From Octopus bimaculoides (taxonomy: Eukaryota): DNA of 64,000 nucleotides. Made by a program: the position numbers and the translations under genes. The stretch spans positions 142,559,416-142,623,415 of the forward strand of contig NC_068981.1 of assembly GCF_001194135.2 (NCBI RefSeq), read 5' to 3'. Under the pieces are notes generated by a model. It searched no databases. It saw nothing but the letters and a program-made list of their open reading frames with translations, and was not told where the DNA came from. Each line of letters begins with the position of its first letter. Position 1 is the first letter of the stretch. Of this stretch, positions 28,070 through 40,798 are shown one piece after another.

Positions 28070-28330
28070 ATCCGAATCTCCTGCATTGCTGGGTTCGTGA
28101 AATCCTTATAGGTAGACCCAGGAGAACTCCCATGGAATGCAGTGTGTTCAGCGATAGCCCTGGATTTGTGATGGTTGTATGGCATATCTCATTGTGTCAA
28201 TGCATCTAACATAACATGGGTCTCGTTTCTCTGGACTTTGAGCTTTATTCACCCGACTCAGGTTTTGCTTGGGTTAAAAAGATGTGGCACTCCCTGAACA
28301 GCAACAGTTTGTTCTATATCACAACTCTGT
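28070..28330 (-). mobile_element. Possible degraded RTE-like LINE 3' end
   Basis: GC-richer island with weak remnants of the RLRWAGH and G.P..Y.D motifs on the minus strand. Confidence 0.3.
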
Positions 28331-29350
28331 CTTTATTCCCACTGAAACTAAATTTGAATTTCAAGAGAAAGTGAAATTAATATGAAACGTATTGCAAATG
28401 TATGGTCCTTATATGAATTTCTTTTGCTTTTCCCGAAGTAACACTCATCAAGGATATAAACAGATAACGATTCAAGCGTTCGAAACTAACCACTCGTCAT
28501 AATACACAAGTTTTCATCAATTTATGCGAAGACTTCAAGACTCCTAAGCAAAATTCCTCAATATTTTCGATAATTTAAGTTAATTTTCACATCTTTATTA
28601 ATAAAGAAGCTCACACTATACAATGTAGTCTCTGAAAACAAAATAAGAAAGAACAAAAATGAAAAGAAGTAAAAAAAAAGAGAGAAAAGAAAAGAAACAG
28701 CATGGTAACAGCTGGAACGCCTTTATCTATGGACATTTTCAACCAGAGTAAACGACTAAGGGCTAAGAATTTACTCTGTTCTATGAATTTTCCAATTTCA
28801 AGTTTTAATGACTGTAAGCTACAAACACTCACAGTTAGTTGTTTTAGTTTTTCTTTTTGTTAATTGCATTATATAACCACAAGCAATATTCTCTATGAAC
28901 GTGTAACCATATTTTTTATATTTGATTAAGTAGATATTTTTTAAACTCTAACAAATCTAGTAATACGCGTTTTCATTTCCCAGGGTAACCCAGCTCTTGA
29001 ATATACGACACTAATTCATTCTAGAAAGGCATAAATGTTACACACACACACACACACGCAAGCTTTTCTGCTATAAATGTTTGACTATGTGCTTAAGTAC
29101 ATCATTAATGCGAGATTATTATGTCTAGCATTTTAAAGAAGAACGGTGTTATTGGAAATCTGAGTGTAACCGGATTACAGTTCTGGTTTATAGACGGATG
29201 TCATTAATATTAATGTCACGTGACAAAGTCACGAACATTGTAAACTTTCGTTTGACCTCTCTTAAAAGTCGAATGAAACTGTGTTTCTGTAAGTGTATAA
29301 TGACTAAATATTTAATTTTTGAACTTTAAGAAAATAAACTAATGTGTGTG

Positions 29351-29402
<52 letters not shown>

Positions 29403-31929
29403 TGTGTGTATACGCCCAGATATTATTCTCATAAACACACATACTACAGGCATTGCCAGCATCATATACATTAAGATAGAAAACACCATTATTATTTACT
29501 CCCCCAATAATGCAGAATGAGATTGAATGAATGAATACATGAATCAATGAATTAATAAAATATTTCCACTCCTTGGGTGAGGGCTGAAAGCCACTAGCAA
29601 CACTACCACACATCACTGCACACTATCATCTCGTACAACAGCCAGAAATATTAGAATAAACACGTCCGATTCTTGATATACTTCAAACCGAATAGAATAT
29701 TTTTCAGGAATCTACTGAACATGCAGTGTATATAGAATGAGTTACCGAATTGCAGCCCAGAGGTCAACGTTGCTTATTCTATCATAGATTCTGGAATGCA
29801 ATTATAACCTTCCAATTTCATGTCTGCAATATGTAAGGATGTTTTGAAAGACCAGCAAGATAACCCGCTTTGTGGAGAGTAGGATGGTAAAACAAAAGCG
29901 TAATGCATTAACGCACCAATGATTTTACATGCATTAGTAAGAATGTTATCTGTAATATTTAGGAATGACACCGAAATGGCAGAATCATCAAAGATTTGTA
30001 ATACATAGATATAGCTTTTAACAACTTGAATTCAAGTCATATTGTCTTATGTCGTTCAGAGGAAGGACAAAAAAAACAAGATTCCACTCAGTTACGGGAC
30101 CCGACTTTTTATCGAATATACATTTGTCCAAATGTGTGTAAGTGCCGATTTTATAAGTAGTTTTATCGGTGCCCTGTCCACTTGGAAATGCATCTCCTGT
30201 TAACAAGGACAGCGATTAAATGTCTATCTAGTTGTAAGTTTAAATATATCAATTTCGTTATTACTCTTCACAATAACGTCTTTACTAATATTATGTGCGC
30301 GGCATTGTTAAATTACACAAAGGAAAATATAAATCGTATTACATCATACATTATATAATAGTATTATATTAAGATAAATACATATCACCATAAAACATTA
30401 GACGATTGTGATAAGAATTTCAGTTCGTTATCTTTTTATGACTTTACCGATTTCTTCTGAAGAGAGAGATGCGATATAAATAACTTTCGCTTGAACTGAG
30501 GCAAGGATAGCTTCTGTTTCTTTGTATTTTTTCCTAATCAAAGCAATATAATAATTCGCATAAAACTTAGAGATAACGTATTGCTCCAGAATGTTATTGA
30601 TAAGAAATGCATATATACATAAATATGCACGCACTCATACACACATATAGAAATATACATATGTATGATATATGGGTGGCTATGTGTGTATTAAAATATT
30701 CAATTTCAGTTTAGTGTTAATGTATACAAAGCGTCTGTAATTTTTACATAAAGGAGCAGAAAACTCCCGGCTGTAACGAATAAAAATTGTATGAATGAAT
30801 GAAAAAGCAATAATATTACATAATAGTACACATAAAAATACAATCGTACATACAATAAAAACACGATAATAATAAAGCTACTAGGCCACAATCACAAATA
30901 GGAACAGACATTTGCATGTAAATATCCACTCATCGATAATACACAGTCGATTTTATCTGTAAGTGTCTTAATTATATATNNNNNNNNNNTATATATATAT
31001 ATATATATATTTTAAATATTTTCTCAGATTCATCCTGGTTCTTTCAATGATTATGTAGTTCTTCCAAAATGGTAATAAGTTGAAATGCTTTCAAAGTTAT
31101 AAGGGTGTGGATAAATAGCAACCAGTCATACTATGAAGTAAAAATCGATTGTCTATAAATGTTCTTATTGAAAAGTTTTCGCTTTGTGCCTATCCAGTGA
31201 CGCTTATGTCTAACTCAAGTGCATCAATCACATAAGTAATATTGATTTTTGTTAAACGTGCCACAAGTGGTTTCTTCACAGGAAGGATGTATAAACGATG
31301 TCATCGGCCCTAGGGTATTGCTACTATAAACCAACCTCGGAGACATAGAAACTAAACTCACACTAGAATTTATATGGATTAAGTAATTACACTAACGCAT
31401 TTAATCTCTTTCTTTGTCACCTCACTCAGTCAGTTTTACCAACATTACCCATGTGTATAGTGTACTGAACATTTTTACGTTAGAATAAAATTTAAAAGAA
31501 ATAAGCGCAATTGTACAGGCATGTATACATACGTACGTGAAACACGGAACTAAACAATAAAATTCCAGTAAACATAGCTGTGTAAATGGAACAGCGTAAA
31601 TGAACAGTGCATTATTAAAAAAAAATGTATCAGACATTTAGCATTTCTTTTTCCAATTTGGTAACATCTATATTTTCTAATTATTTATAGGTTTTATTTA
31701 CAGGAATCACAACTTTACCTCTTTTTTCTTCGGAAAACGAAGCAAGCTTAGAAGAATCACAGAAAGGTTATAACAACAATAAAAAAAACACCTACTTTAA
31801 AGCTAAAAGATACTCATTCGTTTATTCAAGCGCACTTATTTAGTTGTTGTTCCAATAGTAATTAATAAGGCAGCTGCACTTATTTCAGATTCTATTCAAA
31901 ATTATACGAGATACATACACGCTAACACA

Positions 31930-31967
<38 letters not shown>

Positions 31968-31969
31968 TG

Positions 31970-32008
<39 letters not shown>

Positions 32009-33809
32009 GGAAATAAACGAAATAAGGCATTAACAACGACAACAGCATTAAGATTAACACTGCTCCAAGCAACGAGAGAAAAATGGTGGATTTATATTGG
32101 CTGACATAAAGATAGCTTTTCTGGCCGGTCAGCAAAGGTAATTAATCTAGGAAATTTGTAGAATCAACGTCAAGAGAGAATGAATGAAAAATGTTAATCA
32201 ATATTATTAATAACATTGCTGGCTTTTATCCTGAATTCAAATAGACTACAATGTTTCTTTCTTTTCCAAATTTAAGATTACATNNNNNNNNNNNNNNNNN
32301 NNNNNNNNNNNNNNNNNNNNNNNNNNNNNNNNNNNNNNNNNNNNNNNNNNNNNNNNNNNNNNNNNNNNNNNNNNNNNNNNNNNNNNNNNNNNNNNNNNNN
32401 NNNNNNNNNNNNNNNNNNNNNNNNNNNNNNNNNNNNNNNNNNNNNNNNNNNNNNNNNNNNNNNNNNNNNNNNNNNNNNNNNNNNNNNNNNNNNNNNNNNN
32501 NNNNNNNNNNNNNNNNNNNNNNNNNNNNNNNNNNNNNNNNNNNNNNNNNNNNNNNNNNNNNNNNNNNNNNNNNNNNNNNNNNNNNNNNNNNNNNNNNNNN
32601 NNNNNNNNNNNNNNNNNNNNNNNNNNNNNNNNNNNNNNNNNNNNNNNNNNNNNNNNNNNNNNNNNNNNNNATATATATTAGTAAGGGTAGAAATTGATAT
32701 TAATCAATTAAAACCAGTGGTCTAGCATTTTAAAAAAATCTGAAGATTAAAATTATATTACATACAAAAATAAGAGGAATGACCAGCAAAAGTGAACTCC
32801 TATATGCTAGAAATAGATGCCGAATCATCTAACCACGAAAAACATGTTCTCAGTAAAAAATTTAGCGACACAACAGAATGTATGCATACATACACGCATG
32901 CATACGTATATACAAACATACGTACATACATACATACACATTAAGTTAATGCTTGTTTTTATGTTGGGTTATAATAAAAACAGTTTTACATTAATATGAT
33001 GTGTGAGTTTGTACATTTGTAGAGTACAAATTTATTATTCTTAAGCAAATATATTATGGACAGTAACTTGGCAGTGTCGGCTAATTATTTCATCGCCAGA
33101 CTGCGATGCACTGAAGTTTAGCTTGGCTTTATATGGTCTGTGTACAGTTAAAATTTTCCGTGGAGGTGAGTGATTCAGTCGGACGGTAATTAGGTTTTAC
33201 GGTAGGTTGTTATAGAGGGGTGCTTTACAGAAGCTTTTTATTGAATAAATTCGGAGTTATGTTATTTGTTTACAATTTATTCATGTATGTAGAACTTTGT
33301 AAGCAAATTTGTATATTTAGATGTTACCTTTTGATTAGGTAGCCCCAGGATATGTCAATATTTTTGGTTTGTTTTTTGGCTTTGTTGGTTTTAATCCTTT
33401 ACTTTGACAATATAAAGGTCAAAGATACAAAGCCCAATATTTAAAACGTTGATCATTAGATTGTAATTTTTTGAGGGGTTCACTAAAGAATGTAAGGAGG
33501 TTATATGTTTTAGTTGTCAATATTTTACCGGTTATTATTGCTATTTAGGTTATTTCTATAATTATTTGGAAGATGCAGATCATTAGTCAGGCATGCCATG
33601 ATAATGTTAATACGGAAAGTTGTTTATCTTGCGCTTTGTGTACTTATGTTAGAAAGCCTTTTGTGGGTATTCTCGCTGGGACATTATTAGATGATTTCTA
33701 GATTGCTTGTTTAGTACCAAGCTGTAAAAGCATCTTTAATGTATATTATGGGGAACGGTTAAGGTGTAGTTGGAGGAGTCGGAGTCGGAGGAGGAGTTGG
33801 TTTGTAATG

Positions 33810-34230
33810 TTTTAGTGTTTTTAAGACTTTATGCTTGCATAAAGAGACGAGTTCGGATTTCCGTTCAGTGTTTGGTCCAGAACAGTTAAAATGTGGTATC
33901 ATTCATTAGTACAAGGTTTTCAGGACTTGTTCTTATATTGGTTGTGCGTGTGAGATTATTTTGCAGTTGATGTGAAATGGAGTTGTTTTTATTTTATTTA
34001 TCATATGTTTGTATAGTCGTGTCTCGATTTTCCCTTTTGAATTGCAAAAGTGTGCGTCTGTTGGTTGTATCATTTTATGAACTGGCTTCCAGTTTGATCC
34101 TATATATGTAGTTACAGTACCTGGTTTTATGCTGGTCCTTACCGTTGCGCCAAATACATTATTTCTCGACAAACATTTTCCTTCTTGGCGTTTATTCGAC
34201 TGTATGTTAACAAATAATATCAACATATTG
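33810..34230 (-). mobile_element. Penelope-like element GIY-YIG endonuclease fragment (Naiad/Neptune-type)
   Basis: ORF 33933-34241: EGKCLSRNNVFGATVRT...TTYIGS...ETRLYKHM..KIK...HINCKIISHAQP; downstream frame ERKSELVSLCKHK matches the GKCL..NVVY.ATV / TYIG / T.LSKH.W / LN.RSELVS.CRH pattern. Confidence 0.7.
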
Positions 34231-34739
34231 AAGAGAATCACAATGATAATGTGCCGCTGAATTCACTTCAATATAAATCACTTCTTCCAAAAATCTCTTC
34301 CGGATATTGACATCTCCCAAAGTTGGCAATATCTTAACTCACTGTGATGTGTTGTAAGTCATAAAACACAACTCTAAACCATATGAGTTTGTGATCAGGA
34401 GAGATTAAACTATGTACGATGTCAATGATAATCAATCGTCGAACTAGAAGATTATGTAAGTGAGGTAAGCTGCCTAGGCTAGGTTTCATTGTTTTCGAAA
34501 TGAGAATACATACCAATGGGCATATATATATATATATAAATATATATNNNNNNNNNNNNNNNNNNNNNNNNNNNNNNNNNNNNNNNNNNNNNNNNNNNNN
34601 NNNNNNNNNNNNNNNNNNNNGATCTATATATACGCACACGCCAATACTTGCACACCCCTTCTCCCCACACTCACACTTACACTAGCACACGCATATAAAC
34701 ACGTGCGCTCATTCAGATATATATATTATTCCATATTTA

Positions 34740-34890
34740 AGAGGAATTATGTACATTATTTACATTATTCACATTTGACGGATATTTGTCCTCATTTTGT
34801 TTGTCGTTAACACAACGTCTCGTCTGATATATCCTCCAGCCTTCATCAGATGTCATGGGGAAATTTCGTACATGGGTTCACATTTTAAGG
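34740..34890 (-). mobile_element. Penelope-type terminal (pLTR) segment containing a degenerate hammerhead
   Basis: Lies immediately 3' of the Penelope ORF on the same strand and carries a CTGATGA-stem-GAGA-CGTT motif. Confidence 0.6.
34809..34854 (-). ncRNA. Degenerate minimal type I hammerhead ribozyme
   Basis: Minus strand GACAT CTGATGA A GGCTG gaggatatat CAGAC GAGA CG TT^GTGTT; stem I 5 pairs (2 G.U), stem II 4/5 pairs, GAAA mutated to GAGA. Confidence 0.6.
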
Positions 34891-34905
34891 TATTGTTCGA
34901 TGTTG

Positions 34906-34939
<34 letters not shown>

Positions 34940-34940
34940 C

Positions 34941-35011
34941 ATTCAGGTCACTGCCTGGAATCGAACACGGAAACTTGCGGTTAGTTTCTCGCGGGCTTAA
35001 CCACTATGCCA
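34941..35011 (-). promoter_or_regulatory. tRNA-like Pol III type 2 promoter (A and B box) within the Penelope 3' region
   Basis: Minus strand TGGCATAGTGG (A box, 35011-35001) and GTTCGATTCC (B box, 34966-34957), followed by (TAA)n; no complete cloverleaf or acceptor stem. Confidence 0.7.
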
Positions 35012-35029
35012 TATACCCGTGGGGAATTA

Positions 35030-35850
35030 TGGAGTGGATTTTTAGGGCTTATAAATCTAATATTCTTCTATCCTTCCTTATTACCGGTTCCTATATGCTG
35101 TTCATATATGCACTAGGTTTGCTTAGGAAGGTATTGTGTCCTAGCATATGTGCTGCTTCTTTTAGTTTTCGTATTTTCCAGTGGTGTTCTCTGTCTATTA
35201 TTTTAACTTCATCCCAAAGAGGAAGGAGGTCTCCATTTTTCCATATATGATCAACTATAATGGATTTATCAATATCTCCCCTTGTCACAGCTTTGCGATG
35301 TTCCTCTACCCTTATTTTGAGGGGGCGACATGTTTCACCGTTGTATAACCTACCACAGCTACATGAGATAGAGTAGTTCTTGGTCATATTCTCTTCTATT
35401 AGTGATTTTACTCGAAGGAGATATTTGCGAAGTGTTTTATTACACTTGAATACTGTCCTGATGTCATATGGGCCGCATATCTTTTTTATCTTTGCGGAAA
35501 GGCCTTTCACATAGAGTAGACAGAATGTGTACAGTTTATCAGTTTCATCCTCTCTTTTCTTCATAATTGGATTGGAGAGTATGCTTTTCGGATAGCTGTT
35601 GCTTAAGAGATTGTTACTTAGCTTGATCATTTCTTCGTGGTGGGTATCACGATCTCTACTTATATTCATTGTTCGACGTTTAAGGCACTAAGCAATCCCT
35701 CTCTTTACAGTGTATGGATGGTGGGAGTTGAAGTTGAGGTATCGTCCAGTGAAGGCCGGCTTGCGGTAAACAGATGTCCTGAACCCATACTTTGTTTGTG
35801 CTATTAATACGTCCAGAAATGCTAGCTGATTTTTGTTTATTAAGTAAAGT
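35030..35850 (-). mobile_element. Penelope-like element, RT thumb plus GIY-YIG endonuclease, 5'-truncated and mutated
   Basis: LAFLDVLI...SVYRKPAFTGRYLNFNSHHP followed by ORF 35091-35669 with YSISCSCGRLYNGETCRPLKIRVEEHRK...DHIW...KIIDRE...RKLKEAAHM. Confidence 0.92.
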
Positions 35851-36075
35851 ATTAGAGCGGTTTAGCTCTTATTTATAGCAATGTTGGTGCTTCCTATCAC
35901 ACTAGCTACATTCAGAGACAATTACAATTCTCCTTTTTGGTGAAACATTGCAAACTGTTATTTATATGAATTTTATATATACACATTAAATCGCTAAATC
36001 ATCCAATAATTCAGATGACGAAAACATCAATACTAATGGTGAAGTGAGGACGGAAGGAGACGAAAAGTGGAGAGG

Positions 36076-36126
36076 TCTTAACTGATGAGGCAACAGAAAT
36101 TCCCGAAACCGATGTCAATATTAAGA
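36076..36126 (+). ncRNA. Hammerhead-like motif with intact core and damaged stem I
   Basis: CTGATGA (36082-88) GGCAA cagaaa TTCCC GAAA (36105-08) CCGATG TC^; stem II 4/5 pairs; TCTTAA pairs with TTAAGA only 4 nt downstream of the cleavage site. Confidence 0.45.
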
Positions 36127-36255
36127 ATTTGCGACCGGCACTTATCGGACGATTATGGTCCCTGTTAGCGTATATTTTCATTTCATTTATGTGCGGCTTA
36201 ACTCTTATTGCTAACAATGTTGGTGTATCCTAACACCCTAGTCACATTTAGTGAC

Positions 36256-36303
<48 letters not shown>

Positions 36304-38004
36304 GTTTGTGTGTGTGTGTGTGTGTGTGTGCGTGTGTGCTTGCGTGTGTGTGAGACAAGAGACGGAGAGAGAAAGAGAAGGGGAAGATTAAAAGTAGATA
36401 GTTAGGTAGTGCAGTAGAAAATTAATCAGAGAGAAGACAAAATGAATAAGACGGAAAAACAGAAAACGGCTACTGCTGCTATAATGAGCTTTTCACTGAA
36501 TTGCCGTCGTTTCGGCATAATTATCAATAAGACATTTAGCTCCAGTGTGCCGTTACATGAAACAAACATTCTAATTGCCTGCCAATGGTGGGGTAACGAA
36601 ATGACGATGACGTAGGATTTGCTCAAGGAAGCATAAAACAGTATATTGCAGCGTGTTTACGTTATCACGACACAAGATGGAAACTTTTATACAGAAATAT
36701 ATATACATAAAATCACGCACGGCCATTAGTACCAAATTTACTAAAATCTATCGAGTTAGATGTATACGTGGCATAATTAGTTTTTGCAGCCAAGACAAAT
36801 ACATACTGGACAAATAAGCAAATTTTATTAAACACACAGCGCGAAAGAAAATTACAGGGTAGTTGAAATATTGTGAGCGCAAATAATGGTGATACAGCTG
36901 AGTGACTGTTTTGGACGTTAACCATTTGCTGTAAAGAAAAGAAAATAGGAACATGGAAGAAAAAATATCAAGTTGAGGTCAAAAAGGAACATGTATCATC
37001 ATTTTGGAAAACTTGGAAGTTATTCTGAGGCGGAAAAGAAAAGGAAGGAATTGAGTAGAGAAACAACGAACGAGGTATGGAGAAAAGGGACAGGGAGGGA
37101 AAATGGAAGGGTGGGAGGAAAGAATGACATTGGTAAAGAACGATGAGAGTCGAATCCAATAAATTGATTGATGGATATGAAAATTGGAGAAAGGGAGAAA
37201 AAGAACAAATAGATGGCAAAGATGAAAGGTGCACGAAAATAGAGCTTTCTATAAAGTCAACCTTTCTAAAGAGATTGATATCAGTACTCGATTCTATAAA
37301 TACCAGTCGGAAAAGTCCTCTTTATGCACTCCAAATTAGCCTTGCTCCATAGCGCCACGAGCTTCTAAACCCGGAAAGAATTAATACCTTTTCATAGCAG
37401 ATGGAGCAAAGCAAACAACTTAGCTATTTATACAGTTAGATTATAGAATAGTTTGGAATTGAATGATATTCTGTATTGTTCGCCCATTTCCATCAAGTCC
37501 TAAACGTAGAATACATAATAACCACTCCAAGAATATACGACTCCTTAAACTACTATATCTTAGCGATAAACGGACAACAACTATCAATTCGTAGCGAGGA
37601 GCTAGATTTAGCTCTGACATAATGTGAACCCTCCTTAATTCCTGTTCAAACCCAGAATTCCAGACACCAGGAGCACGTCTATACTGATCAGCTGCTAATA
37701 TGACTTGTCCACGTTCATATGCATTATAGAAAATGAAACGTTATAAATGCCTATGGGCAACTTTATAGGGAAACTAAGCATTCAGATAATAAAAAAAAAC
37801 ACATACGTACTAGTTTATGAAAAGGAAAAGGAAAATAACTTCGGGATAAACGTTTGTGAAGATAAGTACGATATAAAAGGGTGCTACACATTTCTCTTTA
37901 CGTATCATTAAAAATATAACATCCTACATTACTGAGATGTTTGTACATAAGCGAAACACGCAGGTCATAGACAGAATCAATCATAATAATATATTAGTTT
38001 CACA

Positions 38005-38163
38005 TTTTGGCACAAGGGAAGGGGCTACGTTGATCACATCGAACCCAGTACTCGATAGGATGAAAGGCAAAGTGGACCTCAGAAGCAAAGTGGACCATAC
38101 AGATAGACGAAACGCCGCTAAAGATTTTGCCCGGTTGCTAACCATTCTGCTAGCTCACTGCCT
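38005..38163 (-). mobile_element. Degenerate tRNA-derived SINE
   Basis: Minus strand AGGCAGTGAGCTAGCAGAATGGTTAGCA head and CTTTGCCTTTCATCC core, typical of an abundant cephalopod SINE as recalled. Confidence 0.6.
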
Positions 38164-40691
38164 ACTAGTCTTTAGTAATATAGTGGCATATAATATTTCG
38201 TATCTCTTTACCACGGATTTTATCTCAATGAAATCTAAGACCATGAAATCTCCATTAAAATATTAAACACAAAACAGAAATACCGTCCGTTGGCAGAAAA
38301 TGTATGTATGCAAAACTAAATGAAGGGATATGAGCCACATTGAATATGAAGAAATGAAGAAGAATAATAAGTGAAATACACATATGGAAACTGAGGAGTG
38401 AAGAAAGAGTAAAGGAAGCCTCTGCTTGAAAAAATCAGCACGTAATTGATCTTAGCTTCCAACGGTTACTTTTGAGAATGCATTTGAAGGTGTTTACGTA
38501 AGTCTGGAAAAAACATTTGAGAAAGATTGATCATTGTCCAAGTGTTCAAATTTCCTATGTCCATACCACTGGGCTTCTTTTTTTTTTCAGGTAAAGAACG
38601 ATTACGTAGACCTGTACAAAGTGGTTACTGTGAGAACGGGAAAACGCGAATTAAATATCAGCAAGCACCGCACTAGACGCTCCTCCGTCCAGTGAATTCG
38701 CCACTCTTAACAGATAGCTTTCTTACCGGCTCTGAAAAGTTGCAGGGAAATTTTACTTCGGTGGCATTTTGACACATTGGCGCAGAGAGTTGGAATAATT
38801 AGCAAGTAGTGTTGTATTCAATAGTCAAATGACTGTGCCGGTATCCTGCTTGTTGGATGGGATTCAAGATATACTTCGTTACATCGTCTCTTCTGGGTCC
38901 TAATTTTCCAGAGGATACGAAACTGCAATGGGAAATTCATGAGGTATTAACAAAGAGCTCATGCACACTACACTCTCTACTTTATATTTATCATGCTTGG
39001 AATAAGTTGATATGTACCATCCTAAGGGGATGAATGTGAAAGTGAACACAGAGTGCCGGAGAAAGCATCCTGCTCCTTAATTCACCCGCTACATATAATC
39101 TCGATATATATCAATAACTCCTGCAAAGTTCTCGGAAAATTTGAAGAGGGAATGGTAGCACAAAGTAAGTTGAATATATATTTTTTTCTGTAACAATTTT
39201 CCCACCTAGCTGGTAGGAAATAAATTCTATAACTTCAATCAGTAAAAGAAAACATACATATGTATCCGCATTCTTGGAAAAATAAAATACTTTCACTTCT
39301 GAGTAACATAATGATGATATAATATCGATTATATATACATATATATATATATANNNNNNNNNNNNNNNNNNNNNNNNNNNNNNNNNNNNNNNNNNNNNNN
39401 NNNNNNNNNNNNNNNNNNNNNNNNNNNNNNNNNNNNNNNNNNNNNNNNNNNNNNNNNNNNNNNNNNNNNNNNNNNNNNNNNNNNNNNNNNNNNNNNNNNN
39501 NNNNNNNNNNNNNNNNNNNNNNNNNNNNNNNNNNNNNNNNNNNNNNNNNNNNNNNNNNNNNNNNNNNNNNNNNNNNNNNNNNNNNNNNNNNNNNNNNNNA
39601 TATATATATATATATATACGCAATATTAATACTAAATATATATTTAATAAAAAGCACCTCTCTGAACAACATTTTGAAAAAATCTACGACAATAATAAAT
39701 ATGTACGACTACACATTACTATGAACATAAAGACATCTTAATGAATATATTAAAATATAATAAAGCAAATAGAACGCTATCAATTCTACATTAAATGCAA
39801 TGAAATAATCTACTCAGGTGATAGTAATCACATTATTATGACAGATAAATCAAATAACCTAACTATCGTGATTCTGCGGAATGAATATGAAAGACTTAAG
39901 CAAAAATAGCAATAGAAATATTAGTTCGGAAAAGATGTATCATAAACTGCAAGAGATACCACTCTATTTTATGTATGAGGTGTTTAGATAATACACATGG
40001 TCGATTATTATTTAGTTATGATTTAACATTTCTATCAATTAGAAAAATGTAATATTAACATCTAAACCCAACCCATAAATATCTGGAGGTCAAATGTCTT
40101 ATAGAGAATAAGTTATATTTGGACGACCTCACAATCTCTGAGCCGTAAACGAATGACTATAAAACACAGAGAAACAAACACACACATACACACTCAGAAA
40201 CACACACAAACATACACACATTGATATTTACATACACACATATATATAATACATACTAAAATATATTAATAAACTTTGAAGAAGTAAACCACTTATATGA
40301 GTAAATAGACAGATAATCGTTTTGATGTTAAATGAATGATAGCATGTCAAAATATTATGTACAAAGTTTAAACTACTGATGAGGATTAATTTTTTCAATG
40401 TCAGAGTTGAGATTATAAAACATCATTATTATGTTTTGGGTGAGTGCGTGAAGGTGTGTTTTGAAGCTACATTAATAAACGGAATTTTCTTCTGTAAACA
40501 CTGAATCTTGTACAAAAGCGCAATACAAATACAAATATATTAGATAAAGGGAATGAAATTTAATCTTTCGTACACTTCAGTGGATGTACGTTTCTCTTTC
40601 AACTATAAGAAACCTTTCCTTAAAGATAATGAAACTGTGATCATACTCTGAGCAACCATGATTCTGACAAGTGGAGATCATAAAGCATTTT

Positions 40692-40798
40692 TATAATCAT
40701 GTAAACGTAAAATCAATTTTACGTTTCTAAAACGAATTTATATAATCACATAAAACGTAAAATCAATTTCATTGAACGTAAAATCTGTTTACGTTCAA
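40692..40798. repeat. Cluster of three AACGTAAAATC units, two forming hairpins
   Basis: AAACGTAAAATCAATTTTACGTTT (40703-40726) and TTGAACGTAAAATCTGTTTACGTTCAA (40772-40798). Confidence 0.75.

Noticed and set aside
30096-30196. Possible minus-strand exon (GDAFPSGQGTDKTTYKIGTYTHLDKCIFDKKSGP)
   Set aside because: Splice signals are plausible, but two frames are open, no partner exons were found and there is no recognisable homology.
34941-35011. Possible tRNA gene
   Set aside because: A and B boxes are present but there is no acceptor stem and the anticodon arm is poor; treated as a tRNA-derived promoter.
38591-38695. Possible terminal exon after a T-rich CAG acceptor (VKNDYVDLYKVVTVRTGKRELNISKHRTRRSSVQ*)
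   Set aside because: Two frames are open, the junction is equally a donor (CAG/GTAAAG), and there is no recognisable homology.
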